Position numbers and translations under genes: made by a program. Shown here piece after piece: positions 1 through 9,499 of a stretch of DNA of 64,000 bases (positions within the stretch are counted from its first letter, which is position 1; each line of letters opens with the position of its first letter). The notes under the pieces were generated by a model. That model was not told the DNA's origin. It was given only the letters and a program-made list of their open reading frames with translations, and searched no databases. The stretch is from assembly GCA_963775425.1 (NCBI GenBank), contig CAVZJB010000017.1, positions 1-64,000 of the forward strand. The letters run 5' to 3'. Source of the stretch: an uncultured delta proteobacterium. GTDB taxonomy: Bacteria; Myxococcota; UBA727; VGSZ01.

Positions 1-80
1 GCGTCACGGCCATCGTGAACGCCGAAATCGGGACGGCGTGAACGCTCGGATCGGCGATCGTGATCGGAGCGAAGCGACGC
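1..80. repeat. IS21 terminal region downstream of istB (GTGAAC...ATCGG units)
   Basis: gtgaacgccgaaatcgg and gtgaacgctcggatcgg are reverse complements of the units at 2466-2630. Confidence 0.85.
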
Positions 81-93
81 TTTCCGACGGTGT

Positions 94-834
94 TCAGTCC
101 TTGGTGGCCTTCTCCTTCCGCCGCGACGGGCCTTTGAGCTCGATGCGGTGGGCGTTGTGCACAACCCGGTCGCAGATCGAATCCGCGACGGTCGGGTCGT
201 TGATGTAGTCGTGCCAGGCCTTGGTGGGAAGCTGGGTCGTGATGATCGTCGATCGGTTGCCGTAGCGGTCCTCGAGTACGTCGAGGAGGCCCTGGCGGTC
301 TTGGTCTTTCATCGCAGCAAGGCCGAAGTCGTCGATGATGAGCACGTCGACGCGCGCAAGCCGCGTGAGCAGCTTCGCGTACGTTCCGTCGACGCGGGAG
401 AGCGCCAGCTCCTCGTAGAGCCTCGATGCGCGCCGGTAAACCGCGCTCCGGTTCTTCCGGATGGCGGCCTGAGCGAGCGCACAGCCCAGGTACGTCTTCC
501 CCGTTCCGGTGGGGCCGGTGATGATCACGTTCAGGTGTTCGTCGACGAAGGCGCACGTCGCCAAGCGCATGAGAACGCCTTTCTCGATGCCGCGAGCGGC
601 GCCGGTGTCGACGTCCTCGACGCAGGCCTGCGTGAGCCGCAGCTTCGCTTCCTTCATGCGCCGCTTCGTTCGCCGGTTCTGCCGAAGCAGCCATTCCGCG
701 TCGACGAGCAGGCCGAAGCGGTCGTCGAAGTCCATGCTCGCCACCTCTTTGCTCTTCTGCTGCTCGACGTACGCGTCTGCCATTCCGTAGAGCCAGATGT
801 TCCTCAGCTTGTCGATCGTTGGTTCGGTCAACAC
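94..834 (-). CDS. istB: IS21 helper AAA+ ATPase IstB
   Basis: Walker A GPTGTGKT, Walker B LIIDDFG, CDRVVHNAHRIELKGPSRR. GTG start at 834 with GAAGGAG RBS overlapping the istA stop. Confidence 0.95.
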   Translation of the reverse strand: MLTEPTIDKLRNIWLYGMADAYVEQQKSKEVASMDFDDRFGLLVDAEWLLRQNRRTKRRMKEAKLRLTQACVEDVDTGAARGIEKGVLMRLATCAFVDEHLNVIITGPTGTGKTYLGCALAQAAIRKNRSAVYRRASRLYEELALSRVDGTYAKLLTRLARVDVLIIDDFGLAAMKDQDRQGLLDVLEDRYGNRSTIITTQLPTKAWHDYINDPTVADSICDRVVHNAHRIELKGPSRRKEKATKD

Positions 835-844
835 GGTCTCTCCT

Positions 845-2386
845 TCAGTTGTAGTAGCCAGGGCCGCGGATGTTCTCGTGGTCGACGGGCGGCCCGTTGT
901 CGTCGACGGCGTCGGGCATCGGTGCCTCATCGAGGCGGTTCTTGAGGATCGCGGCGACGTGCCGGTAGTTGCGCGCGCCGGCCAGGTGCGCGCGCTTGCA
1001 CGCCCTGTCGACGCGCTCGTTGCCGTACGTCTTCGCGAGTCGGATGATGCCAAGGCTCGGTCGGTAGCCCTGCTCGGGATGTTTCCGCTCAGCGATGAGC
1101 GCCTCAATCAGCGCCTTCACGTTCGGCCCGATCTTCCCGGCCCAATCGATCACGCGCGACGGTGGCCATTCGAGGTGCTCTTGGTGCGCCTTCGGCATGT
1201 GCGCCGTCGTCGTCACGAGCCGCGCCGTTCCGTAGCTGCGCACGTGCGACGCCACGCGCTGGCTCTTGAAGTACAGCTCGACCGTCGTCGCCGTCGCGCG
1301 CACCTCCAGGACTTCGTGCACGAGCGCGTACGGTGCCGAGTACGCGTTGCCGTCGAAGGACACGTGGTAGTCGATGTTGAGGCGCGCCTTGCCCCACTCC
1401 GAGTAGACGAAGCGCTCGACGGGCAGCGGCTTCAGCACCGGCTTGTCGAGAAGCTCGAAGAGCTCGCGACGGCTCTTCTTGTACGCCCGCATCGGCCAAT
1501 CGTTGAGCACCTCGAGCAGCTCGGCGATGCGCTCGTTGAGGGCTTCGAGTGAGAAGAACGCCTCGTTGCGAATGCGCGCGAGGATCCAGCGCTGCGCAAC
1601 CTGCACCGCCACCTCCACCTTCGCCTTGTCGCGAGGCTTCTTTGGCCGTGCCGGCAACACCGCCGTGGAGTAGTGCTCGGCGAGCTCCTCGTACGTGCGC
1701 TGGATCTCCGGGTCGTACCAAGACGACGTCGTCACGCCGCTCTTCAAGTTGTCCGGGACGACGAGCGCGGGGGCGCCGCCGAAGTACTCGAGCATGCGCA
1801 CGTGGCTCTGAATGAAGTCGACGCCCTGCTGCGACCGCGTGGCCTCAGCAAACGTGAAGCTCGACGCACCGAGAACGCCGACGAAGAGCTCGACCGGAAC
1901 GCGCTCGCCGGTCTTCTTGTCGATGATGGATGGCCGCTTGCCCGAGTAGTCGACGAAGGCGCGCTCGCCTGCCTTGTGGACCTGGCGCATCGTCAGCTTC
2001 CGTCGCGCGAGCCAGGCGCGGTACCGATCGCAGAACGCCGTGTAGCGGAGACCGTTCGGGTGCGACTCGAGGTACTCGATGTGCAGCAGCTCGAGCGTCA
2101 CGCCGGGCCGCATCTTCTCGACGTGGATCCACACCGGGTCCGGCTCGTCACGCGCGACACCAGGTTCGACGACGGGGCCGTTGAGCCGCATTTCGAGCGC
2201 GGCCTCGTCGAGCGGCGCGAGCTCCGCCCACGTCAGGCCCGCGGTCTTCGCGCGGTTGATGACCTTGCTGACGACGCCGACGGAGACGCCGGCGCTCAAC
2301 GCGACCTCGCGGCACGAGAGCTTCACCTCGTGCGTGAGCCGCAGAATTTCCCTGACCTTGCGCATAGACAGCCTCGTGTTCGACAT
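845..2386 (-). CDS. istA: IS21 DDE transposase IstA
   Basis: N-terminal HTH (MRKVREILRL), FVDYSG, VPDNLKSGV, PRDKAKVEVAV motifs. Confidence 0.95.
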   Translation of the reverse strand: MSNTRLSMRKVREILRLTHEVKLSCREVALSAGVSVGVVSKVINRAKTAGLTWAELAPLDEAALEMRLNGPVVEPGVARDEPDPVWIHVEKMRPGVTLELLHIEYLESHPNGLRYTAFCDRYRAWLARRKLTMRQVHKAGERAFVDYSGKRPSIIDKKTGERVPVELFVGVLGASSFTFAEATRSQQGVDFIQSHVRMLEYFGGAPALVVPDNLKSGVTTSSWYDPEIQRTYEELAEHYSTAVLPARPKKPRDKAKVEVAVQVAQRWILARIRNEAFFSLEALNERIAELLEVLNDWPMRAYKKSRRELFELLDKPVLKPLPVERFVYSEWGKARLNIDYHVSFDGNAYSAPYALVHEVLEVRATATTVELYFKSQRVASHVRSYGTARLVTTTAHMPKAHQEHLEWPPSRVIDWAGKIGPNVKALIEALIAERKHPEQGYRPSLGIIRLAKTYGNERVDRACKRAHLAGARNYRHVAAILKNRLDEAPMPDAVDDNGPPVDHENIRGPGYYN

Positions 2387-2465
2387 CCGCCCTCCGCGGG
2401 CGGGTGTGGTTCGAGTCGTCCAGCGTCGCCTCGTAGAGCCCGGCCCAAGTGGCCCGAGCCTCGCC

Positions 2466-2642
2466 GTTCACGCCCGGCGGTCCAGGCGTTCACGGCCCCG
2501 ATCTCGGCGTTCACGATGCCGATTCCGGCGTTCACGATGGCCGATTTTCGCGTTCACGATGCCGATCTTGGCGTTCACACGCCGCCGATCCGGGTGTTCA
2601 CGCTCCGCCGATTTTCCCGTTCACGGTGGGCCGTCGCACGCA
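2466..2642. repeat. IS21 terminal array: 8 direct repeats of 21-23 bp (GTTCAC-N-CCGAT-N), transposase binding sites
   Basis: GTTCAC at 2466, 2488, 2509, 2530, 2552, 2573, 2596, 2619. Confidence 0.9.
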
Positions 2643-3855
2643 GCCGGGCGTCCTCGGCGTCGGTGACACTCGTGTGCTTGGACCGTTCTTGCGCGACGTC
2701 GAGCGAAAGAACGCCGAGCAGCGAAACTTTCGGGTCTTCGGCCCCGACGAGACGATCTCAAACGGCCTCGTGGCTCTCTTCGATGTGACCAACCGCCAGT
2801 GGGACGCCGCGACCGTCGACAACGACGAGTTCCTGGCGCCCCAGGGCCGCGTGATGGAGATGCTCAGCGAGCATCAGTGTGAGGGCTGGCTCGAGGGATA
2901 TTTGCTCACCGGGCGCCACGGCATCTTCAATACCTACGAGGCATTCATCCACATCGTCGACTCGATGTTCAACCAGCATGCGAAGTGGCTGAAGGTATCG
3001 GCGGAGCTTCCGTGGCGGCGCAAGATCTCGTCGCTCAACTACCTCATCGCCTCGCACGTGTGGCGCCAGGACCACAACGGCTTCACCCACCAGGATCCCG
3101 GATTCATCGATCACGTCGTGAACAAGAAGGCGGAGATCGTGCGCGTCTATTTGCCGCCGGACGCGAACTGCCTGCTGTCGGTGATGGATCACTGCCTGCG
3201 CAGCCGTCACTACGTCAACGTGGTCATCGCGGGGAAGCACCCGGCGCCGCAATGGCTCTCGATGGACGCCGCCATCAAGCACTGCACCGAGGGAATCGGC
3301 ATCTGGCAGTGGGCCAGCAACGACCAGGGCGAAGCGCCCGACGTGGTCATGGCGTGCTGCGGTGACGTGCCCACGCTCGAGACGCTCGCCGCCGTTTCCA
3401 TCCTCCGCGCACACTTGCCCGAGCTGAGGGTCCGCGTGGTCAACGTCGTCGACCTGATGCGCCTGCAGCCGCGGAGCGAGCACCCGCACGGCTTGAGCGA
3501 CGTCGACTTCGACGAGCTGTTCACCAAGGACAAGCCCGTCATCTTCGCGTTCCACGCATACCCATGGTTGATCCACCGGCTCACCTACCGCCGGACCAAC
3601 CACGACAACATCCACGTCCGCGGCTACAAGGAGGAGGGCACGATCACGACGCCGTTCGACATGACCGTCCTGAACGATCTGGATCGATTCCACCTCGTGA
3701 TGGACACGATCGACCGCCTCCCCCAGACCGGAGACAGGGGCGTCTACTTGAAGCAACAGCTCAAGGACAAGCTCATCGAGCACCGGCGGTACATCGAGAA
3801 GCATGGGCGGGACATGCCCGAGATCCGCAATTGGAAATGGGACGTCGGCACGTGA
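2643..3855 (+). pseudogene. xfp: Phosphoketolase (XFP) C-terminal half, interrupted by IS21
   Basis: [62 protein letters not shown]. About 400 aa of a normally ~790-aa enzyme; similarity begins at the IS end. Confidence 0.88.
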
Positions 3856-3921
3856 ACGCATGAGACCGCGTCGAGGCGGCGCGCGCTTGTCGACCGCGAC
3901 CCGAGGGAATCATGCGCGTCG

Positions 3922-4830
3922 TCATGCGTTCGCCTTGGCAACCGGCACCGGCGGTTCGTGCGGGTCCTCGGCGATGCCGAGGAGGCCACACGCCAGCGAC
4001 CACATGCGCCGCGCTTGCGTCTCGTCGTAGCTGTCGTCGCTCGAAGCAATCTCGTGCTGCTCGCCGAAGAACTTGCCACTTACGCCCGCGAGCTTCGGAT
4101 CGAGGGCGGCCGTCACGAACGCGTCCGTTGCCTCATCCACGGTGTGGGCGAACGGCATCAGCGGCATCACGTGGAGCGTCACGAAGCGAAGGAGCCCGTG
4201 GACGTTCGTGCCCGCCGTCTTCGGAACGAAGCCGGGGCACACGCAGTTCACAGTGACGCCCGCGAGGCGACGCGCGAGCTCGTACGTGAGCCAGGTGACA
4301 GCGAGCTTCGAGCGCGCGTACGCGACCCGAGGATCGAAGTCGCGGCGGCTGTCGACGTCGTCGAAGGAGAAGCTCCCCTTCGGCAAGCGCAGGTGCGTAC
4401 GCGAGGAGACGTTCACCACGCGTGGCGCGGGAGCGCGCAAGACGAGCGGCAACAACATTCGCGTCAGCAAGAACGGCCCAAGCACGTTCGACGCGAAGAA
4501 CAGCTCGATCCCGCCCGGAACGAGGGCGGTGTCGATGACGGGGTTCGGGTCGCGGTTCATGCGGCCGGCGTTGTTGACAAGGACGTCGACGGCGGCGTCC
4601 TCCGCCAACAGCGCACCGACGAACGCTTCGATGGACGCGCGCTTCGCCGTGTCGAGCTGTCGCGCTTCGACCTCCGCGCCGGGCACGGCAGCGCGCAGCT
4701 TGTCCGCGGCAGCCTCGCCCATTGCGAGGTCGCGCGACGTCATGACGACGGCGCAGCCCCGCCGCAAGAGCTTCTCGGCCGTTGCGAACCCGAGCCCACG
4801 GTTCGCGCCCGTCACGATCACGCGCTGCAT
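3922..4830 (-). CDS. SDR family oxidoreductase (retinol dehydrogenase-like)
   Basis: TGANRGLG, VNNAG, NVSS, YARSK. Confidence 0.9.
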   Translation of the reverse strand: MQRVIVTGANRGLGFATAEKLLRRGCAVVMTSRDLAMGEAAADKLRAAVPGAEVEARQLDTAKRASIEAFVGALLAEDAAVDVLVNNAGRMNRDPNPVIDTALVPGGIELFFASNVLGPFLLTRMLLPLVLRAPAPRVVNVSSRTHLRLPKGSFSFDDVDSRRDFDPRVAYARSKLAVTWLTYELARRLAGVTVNCVCPGFVPKTAGTNVHGLLRFVTLHVMPLMPFAHTVDEATDAFVTAALDPKLAGVSGKFFGEQHEIASSDDSYDETQARRMWSLACGLLGIAEDPHEPPVPVAKANA

Positions 4831-4990
4831 CGATGGTCCTCCGCGCGCATCCTCGCTCGGCAGCTCGGGGGCGTGCGCGGCGTTTGTTGAACGCGAGCCC
4901 ACGGGAGCGGCGATCCAACTGGTGGAGCTCGAGCTCGTCCATCTCGGCCAGTTCGGCTCGGTGCTTGAGGGGCACCCCGGGGAAACGGAA

Positions 4991-5028
4991 GAATCCGAGG
5001 ACCTCGCTTTTGCCAGGTCCTCGGATTC
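4991..5028 (-). terminator. Hairpin downstream of tRNA-Ala (probable intrinsic terminator)
   Basis: Perfect 14-bp inverted repeat GAATCCGAGGACCT/AGGTCCTCGGATTC followed on the minus strand by TTCCGTTT. Confidence 0.6.
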
Positions 5029-5041
5029 GCGTCGCTTCGTT

Positions 5042-5117
5042 TGGTGGAGCCAGGCGGGATCGAACCGCCGACCTCATGAATGCCATTCATGCGCTCTCCC
5101 AGCTGAGCTATGACCCC
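5042..5117 (-). tRNA. tRNA-Ala(GGC)
   Basis: GGGGTCATAGCTCAGCTGGGAGAGCGCATGAATGGCATTCATGAGGTCGGCGGTTCGATCCCGCCTGGCTCCACCA: cloverleaf, G3:U70 pair, encoded CCA. Confidence 0.97.
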
Positions 5118-5195
5118 GTGGGAGCGACGTGCCCTTCTCTGGCATCCCCGCGGGCTCCTGGCAAGAGGCCACGGTGCGGATCCGGCGACCGCCGG

Positions 5196-5816
5196 CTACT
5201 GAACGACGGTCACGGTGAAGACCCAGCCGGCCCCCGCGGTGTCGCGCGCGTCGACCACCGGGGTGCCGTTGTCCATGTCGGCGGTGTCGATCGGGACGGC
5301 CTTCGGCCGCCTGGCGACGATAAGCTGCGCCCAGGCGCGCGGCCCGGGCGCGTCACTGGAGGCGGCGGTGGCGATGTCGTCGAGGAGCGCCTGCTTGAAG
5401 TTGTCGACGTCGGTGGCGCCGGCGAGGTCGGCCCTCGCGCCGGCGTAGTCGTCGAGCGTGACCGCGACGCCGGCGACGAAGCCGTCGGCCATGGTGTCGA
5501 CGTCCCACCTCTCGAACGTGATGCCCCGCGACCGGCTGTCGTCGATGACGACGGCGTCGTCGTCGCGGATGCCGAAGCCGCTGTAGAGGTTCGCGGTCTG
5601 AACCGCGTCGCGAACGACCTCGACGGGATCGTCGGAGGTGACGCGCGACCCGTCGGCGACGGGCAGGACGTCGTCGTCGAGCGGAGTGCCGGGCGGCAGC
5701 GTCGGCGGCGGCGGGCCGCCGACGCCGTCGTCGAGCAGGCGGAGCAGGTCGCAGCCGGGAGCGTCGACGAGCGCGGAAGCGGCGAGGGCGGCGAACAACG
5801 ATATCGAGCAGCGCAT
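5196..5816 (-). CDS. Putative lipoprotein, short paralog of 5865-7811
   Basis: Signal-like N-terminus ending APGC; about 170 aa highly similar to the N-terminus of the neighbour, and a shared GWVFTV..VQ C-terminus. Confidence 0.7.
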   Translation of the reverse strand: MRCSISLFAALAASALVDAPGCDLLRLLDDGVGGPPPPTLPPGTPLDDDVLPVADGSRVTSDDPVEVVRDAVQTANLYSGFGIRDDDAVVIDDSRSRGITFERWDVDTMADGFVAGVAVTLDDYAGARADLAGATDVDNFKQALLDDIATAASSDAPGPRAWAQLIVARRPKAVPIDTADMDNGTPVVDARDTAGAGWVFTVTVVQ

Positions 5817-5864
5817 GAAGCCCTCCGCTGCGTTGTGCGCTCCAGCGCACCGCGGCGGCGCGGG

Positions 5865-7811
5865 CTACTGGACGGCGTGCACCGTGAACACCCAGCCGAT
5901 GTCGCCGTCCGTGTCGTCGATGACCAGCGTCCCGCCGGCGTCCACCAGCGAAGCGGTGTCGAAGGAGACCGTGATGTCGTTTCCGGTGTGGGTGGGCTCC
6001 ACGGTCAGGCCTTCGCAACCGGGGCCGTCGTCGGGCACCTGGTACCCACGGGTGGTGCTGTAGCCCGGCGCCGAGATCGAGAGGGCCGCGAGCTCGTTCA
6101 CCCCCGGTGCGCCCGGGAAGTAGTAGCCGTCCACCTTCTCCTGGTGGCGCGACGTGTAGACCTCCTCGCTCCCGACCAGCGTCGGCGTCGACGCCGCGCA
6201 GCCCTCACTGCCCGAGGGCATGGAGTGGATGTCGTCGACGGTCTCGGTGGTGCCGTCGTCCCACGTGAGCAGCTTTCCGACCACCTCGTCGTTGACGATG
6301 GTCAGCTCGAGGGACGCGTCGAAGTAATCCGTCGCGCTCGTCACGAAGATCCCGCGGTTGATCCCCGAAGGGTTGGTGTAGTCGCCGGAGATGGTGAAGT
6401 AGTTGCCGAGGAGCTCCTTTTTGTCCTTCACCACCACGACCTTGCTGCCGGTGAACAGGAGCGGCCGGCGGTTCAGGATCTCCGCCGGGAGCGTGAGCAG
6501 CGATCCCACGCCGCCGATGCCGCCGCTGAGGTCGGTGAGATCCTCGATGAGGTCCTTGTTCTTCAGGTTCACCGTCGCTCGCATATGCGGCCGGCGCTCG
6601 ACGTCGACGACCGTCTTGTTGCCGAAGTCCGGCTGCGGCGTGGACTGGATGGTGATGTGCGCCACGCCGCTTTCATCGGTCTCGCCATGGAGCGGATCGC
6701 TACCCACGGTCTGAATGACGTCGTCGTCGCCCTTGGCAAGGACCTCCCACTCCACGCGTTTGCCCGCGAGGGGCCCGTCCTCCGGCACCGTGAAGTCGAC
6801 GTTGGCCGCGTTGGCCATCTGCCGGACGCAGTTGATCACCTGCGCCTTGCCGGAGCCGTCGAGCTGGAAGGTCGCCTTCACGTCGGCCTGCTTGGCCGAG
6901 CGCGCGCGCACGAGCGGCTGCGGCGTGACCTCCATGTCCATCCGGAAGACCACCATGGTCCACACGAGCTTGACGTAGGCGAGCGCGGCGTTGGCGAGGG
7001 ACGAGGCCTGGCCGTACTTCTCCACGGGCTCGAGCTTCTCACCGAGGTGATCGACCACCTTCTCGGTGACGCGCGCCTCGCCGGCCATGACGGTGTCGAC
7101 GATGGTGGACTGCGTCTCGGTCAGCCCACACGGCCCCAAGGCGGTCAGCGGCTGGCTCGCCTGCGAGCCGGCCGCGTCCTGCACCGACAGCCACAGCTCC
7201 GCCGCGATCGGGTAGGTCAGGAGCCCCAACTGCAGCGTGTTGAGCGGGGCGCTCCCGTCGACGTTCGGATCGAGGAGGTCGTAGCCGTCGTTCCGTCCCA
7301 TGGCGACGATGATCTGCGCCCACGCGCGCGGGCCGGGGGCGTCGCCGGCGGCGGCGGTGGCGATGTCATCGAGGAGCGCCTGCTTGAAGTTGCCGACGTC
7401 GGTGGCGCCGGCGAGGTCCGCCCACGCGCCGGCGTAGTCGTCGAGGGTGACGGCGACCCCGCTGACGAGGCCGTCGGCCATGGTGTCGACGTCCCAGGTC
7501 TCGAAGGTGATGCCCTGCGAGCGGCTGTCGTCGATGACGACGACGTCGCCGTCGCGGACGCCGAAGCCGCTGTACAGGATCGCGGTCTCGACGGCGTCGC
7601 GGATGAGCTCGACGGGATCGCCGGGCGTGACGCGCAGCGGGTCGGCGACCAGGACGATGTCGTCGTCGAGCGGGGTCCCCGGCGGGAGCGTGTCCGCCGG
7701 CGGGCCGCCGCCGCCGCCACCGTCGTCGAGCCAACCGAAGTCGAGGAGGTCGCAGCCCGGAGGGGCGAGCAGGCTGACGAGCGCGGCGCCGACGAGGCTC
7801 CTGGCGTGCAT
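5865..7811 (-). CDS. Putative lipoprotein, 648 aa, unknown function
   Basis: MHARSLVGAALVSLLAPPGC lipobox-like start, GAGG RBS, strong GC3 codon bias. Confidence 0.8.
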   Translation of the reverse strand: MHARSLVGAALVSLLAPPGCDLLDFGWLDDGGGGGGPPADTLPPGTPLDDDIVLVADPLRVTPGDPVELIRDAVETAILYSGFGVRDGDVVVIDDSRSQGITFETWDVDTMADGLVSGVAVTLDDYAGAWADLAGATDVGNFKQALLDDIATAAAGDAPGPRAWAQIIVAMGRNDGYDLLDPNVDGSAPLNTLQLGLLTYPIAAELWLSVQDAAGSQASQPLTALGPCGLTETQSTIVDTVMAGEARVTEKVVDHLGEKLEPVEKYGQASSLANAALAYVKLVWTMVVFRMDMEVTPQPLVRARSAKQADVKATFQLDGSGKAQVINCVRQMANAANVDFTVPEDGPLAGKRVEWEVLAKGDDDVIQTVGSDPLHGETDESGVAHITIQSTPQPDFGNKTVVDVERRPHMRATVNLKNKDLIEDLTDLSGGIGGVGSLLTLPAEILNRRPLLFTGSKVVVVKDKKELLGNYFTISGDYTNPSGINRGIFVTSATDYFDASLELTIVNDEVVGKLLTWDDGTTETVDDIHSMPSGSEGCAASTPTLVGSEEVYTSRHQEKVDGYYFPGAPGVNELAALSISAPGYSTTRGYQVPDDGPGCEGLTVEPTHTGNDITVSFDTASLVDAGGTLVIDDTDGDIGWVFTVHAVQ

Positions 7812-7849
7812 GGGTCCCTCCGCCGCTCCCTGGGGAGCAGGGGGAACGA

Positions 7850-7865
7850 AGCATCGAGCGAGCCA
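7850..7865 (-). promoter_or_regulatory. Candidate sigma54 (-24/-12) promoter
   Basis: TGGCTCG-CTCG-ATGCT with correct GG/GC spacing, about 40 bp upstream of the 7811 ATG. Confidence 0.5.
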
Positions 7866-7945
7866 TCGTTTGGCCCGCGAAGCGGTGCGACCGGTGCGCA
7901 CGGCGCCGGGCGATATCGCGCGGGTGGGTTGTCTTTTGCCCCCCG

Positions 7946-9499
7946 TCAGCCGCGCGTGATGGCGCGCACGGCGTCGACGACATCGTCGCGCGGCGGCGTG
8001 GCCGACACCGGCAGCCCCGGCGCGCGCAGCAGCACGAAGCGGCCGCCCTTCTTGTCGGCGGCCAACGCCGCGAGCGCGCGCTCGACGTCGACGAGCAACG
8101 GCGGCAGCGGCCCGAGGCGCGCGCGCATCGCCGCGGCCGCCGCGGCGTCGAGGCCGGCGTGCGCGGCGCTCAGCCGCAGCATCGCCGCGAGCCCATAGCG
8201 GACGGCGTCGCCGTGGCCAATCCCGGTGACCGCCTCGAGCGCGTGCGCGACGGTGTGCCCGAGGTTCAACACCGCGCGCAGGCCGCGCTCCCGCGGGTCT
8301 TTGCGCGCGACGCCGAGCTTGAGCGACAGCGAGCGCGCCACGGCCGCCGCGAGCGCGCCTTCGGCCGGAGGCGCGCGCCCGTCGGCGGGGGCGTCGGCGG
8401 CGAGGAGGTCGTGCTTGAGCATCTCCGCGCGGCCCGCGCGCATGGCGTCCTCGCCGAGCGTCTCGAGGAAGCGCACGTCGACAACGGTGCGCTCCGGAGG
8501 ATGAAACGCGCCGAGCTGGTTCTTCCTGCCGAGCGCGTTGACGGCGGTCTTCCCGCCGACGCCGGCGTCGGCCATCGCGAGCAGCGTCGTCGGCACCGCC
8601 CACCAGCGCACGCCGCGGAGCACCAGCGAGGACGCGAGGCCGACGGCGTCGAGGAACGCGCCGCCGCCTGCGGCCACGATGACGGCGTCGCGCGAGATGC
8701 CGCGCTCGAGCAAGGCGTGGGCGATGCGCTCGACGTGGGCGAGCGTCTTTGCGCCCTCGCCGCCCGTGAAGACGAGGTCGGCGTGGAAGGGGTGCAGCTT
8801 GGCGACGACGTCCTCGACGACGACGACGGCGCCGGCCGGCAGGAGCGCGCCCGGCGCGAGCGCGGCTCCGTCGGCGACGACGACCTCGGGCTCGAGGGAC
8901 GCGCAGCGGACGGGGCGCAGGCCGGCGACGACGGCGGCGAGGGCGGCGGCGACGTGGTCGCGGTCGCCGTCGCCGTCGACGAAGCCCGATCCGGACGACG
9001 CCCGGAGCGAGGCGCGCGCCGCGCGGCGCGGGGCCTCACGCGCCTCGTAGACGGCGCGGGCGCGCGCGCGATCGCCCGCGGGGAGCCACGGGCGCGGCGA
9101 CGAGGAGAGGCGCTCGAGGGCGACGGCCGCGTCGACGTCGAGGCCAACGCAGAGCGCGCGCTCGGCGAGCAGCGCGCGCCCGGGAGCGGTGTCGACGACG
9201 CCGGCGCCGGCGGCGATGACGACGTCGCTCCCGTCAAGGGCGGCGTCGAGCGCACGCAGCTCGCGCGCGCGAAACGAGACCTCGCCCTCCTCGCGAAATA
9301 TGCGCGCCGTCGCGGCCGCGACGCTGCGCTCCTCCCTGCTGAGCCCGCCCGGCGTCGCGGCGGCGCCCCGGGCGATCGCGGCGTCGAGGTCGACGAAGCG
9401 CATGCCGAGCCTGTCGGCGGCGGCGCGGCCCGCGGTGGACTTGCCCACGCCGGGGGGCCCGAGCAGCACGACGGGGCCCTTCAGCGCGCATACGCTCAC
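7946..9499 (-). CDS. aroKB: Bifunctional shikimate kinase / 3-dehydroquinate synthase (AroK-AroB fusion)
   Basis: GPPGVGKS and EGEVSFRARE (AroK); PTTLLAMADAGVGGKTAVN, KNQLGAF, LNLGHTVAHALE (AroB). GTGA overlap with the aroC stop. Confidence 0.9.
   Translation of the reverse strand: MSVCALKGPVVLLGPPGVGKSTAGRAAADRLGMRFVDLDAAIARGAAATPGGLSREERSVAAATARIFREEGEVSFRARELRALDAALDGSDVVIAAGAGVVDTAPGRALLAERALCVGLDVDAAVALERLSSSPRPWLPAGDRARARAVYEAREAPRRAARASLRASSGSGFVDGDGDRDHVAAALAAVVAGLRPVRCASLEPEVVVADGAALAPGALLPAGAVVVVEDVVAKLHPFHADLVFTGGEGAKTLAHVERIAHALLERGISRDAVIVAAGGGAFLDAVGLASSLVLRGVRWWAVPTTLLAMADAGVGGKTAVNALGRKNQLGAFHPPERTVVDVRFLETLGEDAMRAGRAEMLKHDLLAADAPADGRAPPAEGALAAAVARSLSLKLGVARKDPRERGLRAVLNLGHTVAHALEAVTGIGHGDAVRYGLAAMLRLSAAHAGLDAAAAAAMRARLGPLPPLLVDVERALAALAADKKGGRFVLLRAPGLPVSATPPRDDVVDAVRAITRG

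Larger units (their letters stand above)
1..2642 (-). mobile_element. IS21-family insertion sequence (left end cut by the window edge, about 4 bp missing)
   Basis: istA-istB tandem. Right end finishes ...CGCACGCA (5'-TG on minus strand). Both ends carry multiple GTTCAC/GTGAAC-core repeats in inverted orientation. Phosphoketolase coding sequence resumes right after 2642. Confidence 0.93.

Noticed and set aside
835-1107. N-terminal extension of istB suggesting an istA-istB frameshift fusion
   Set aside because: istB has its own RBS and GTG at 834, and no slippery run is evident.
2466-2630. Regular 21-23 bp repeats resembling a CRISPR array or iterons
   Set aside because: No unique spacers and no cas or rep genes. 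Inverted copies occur at the other IS end, as expected for IS21 transposase-binding repeats.
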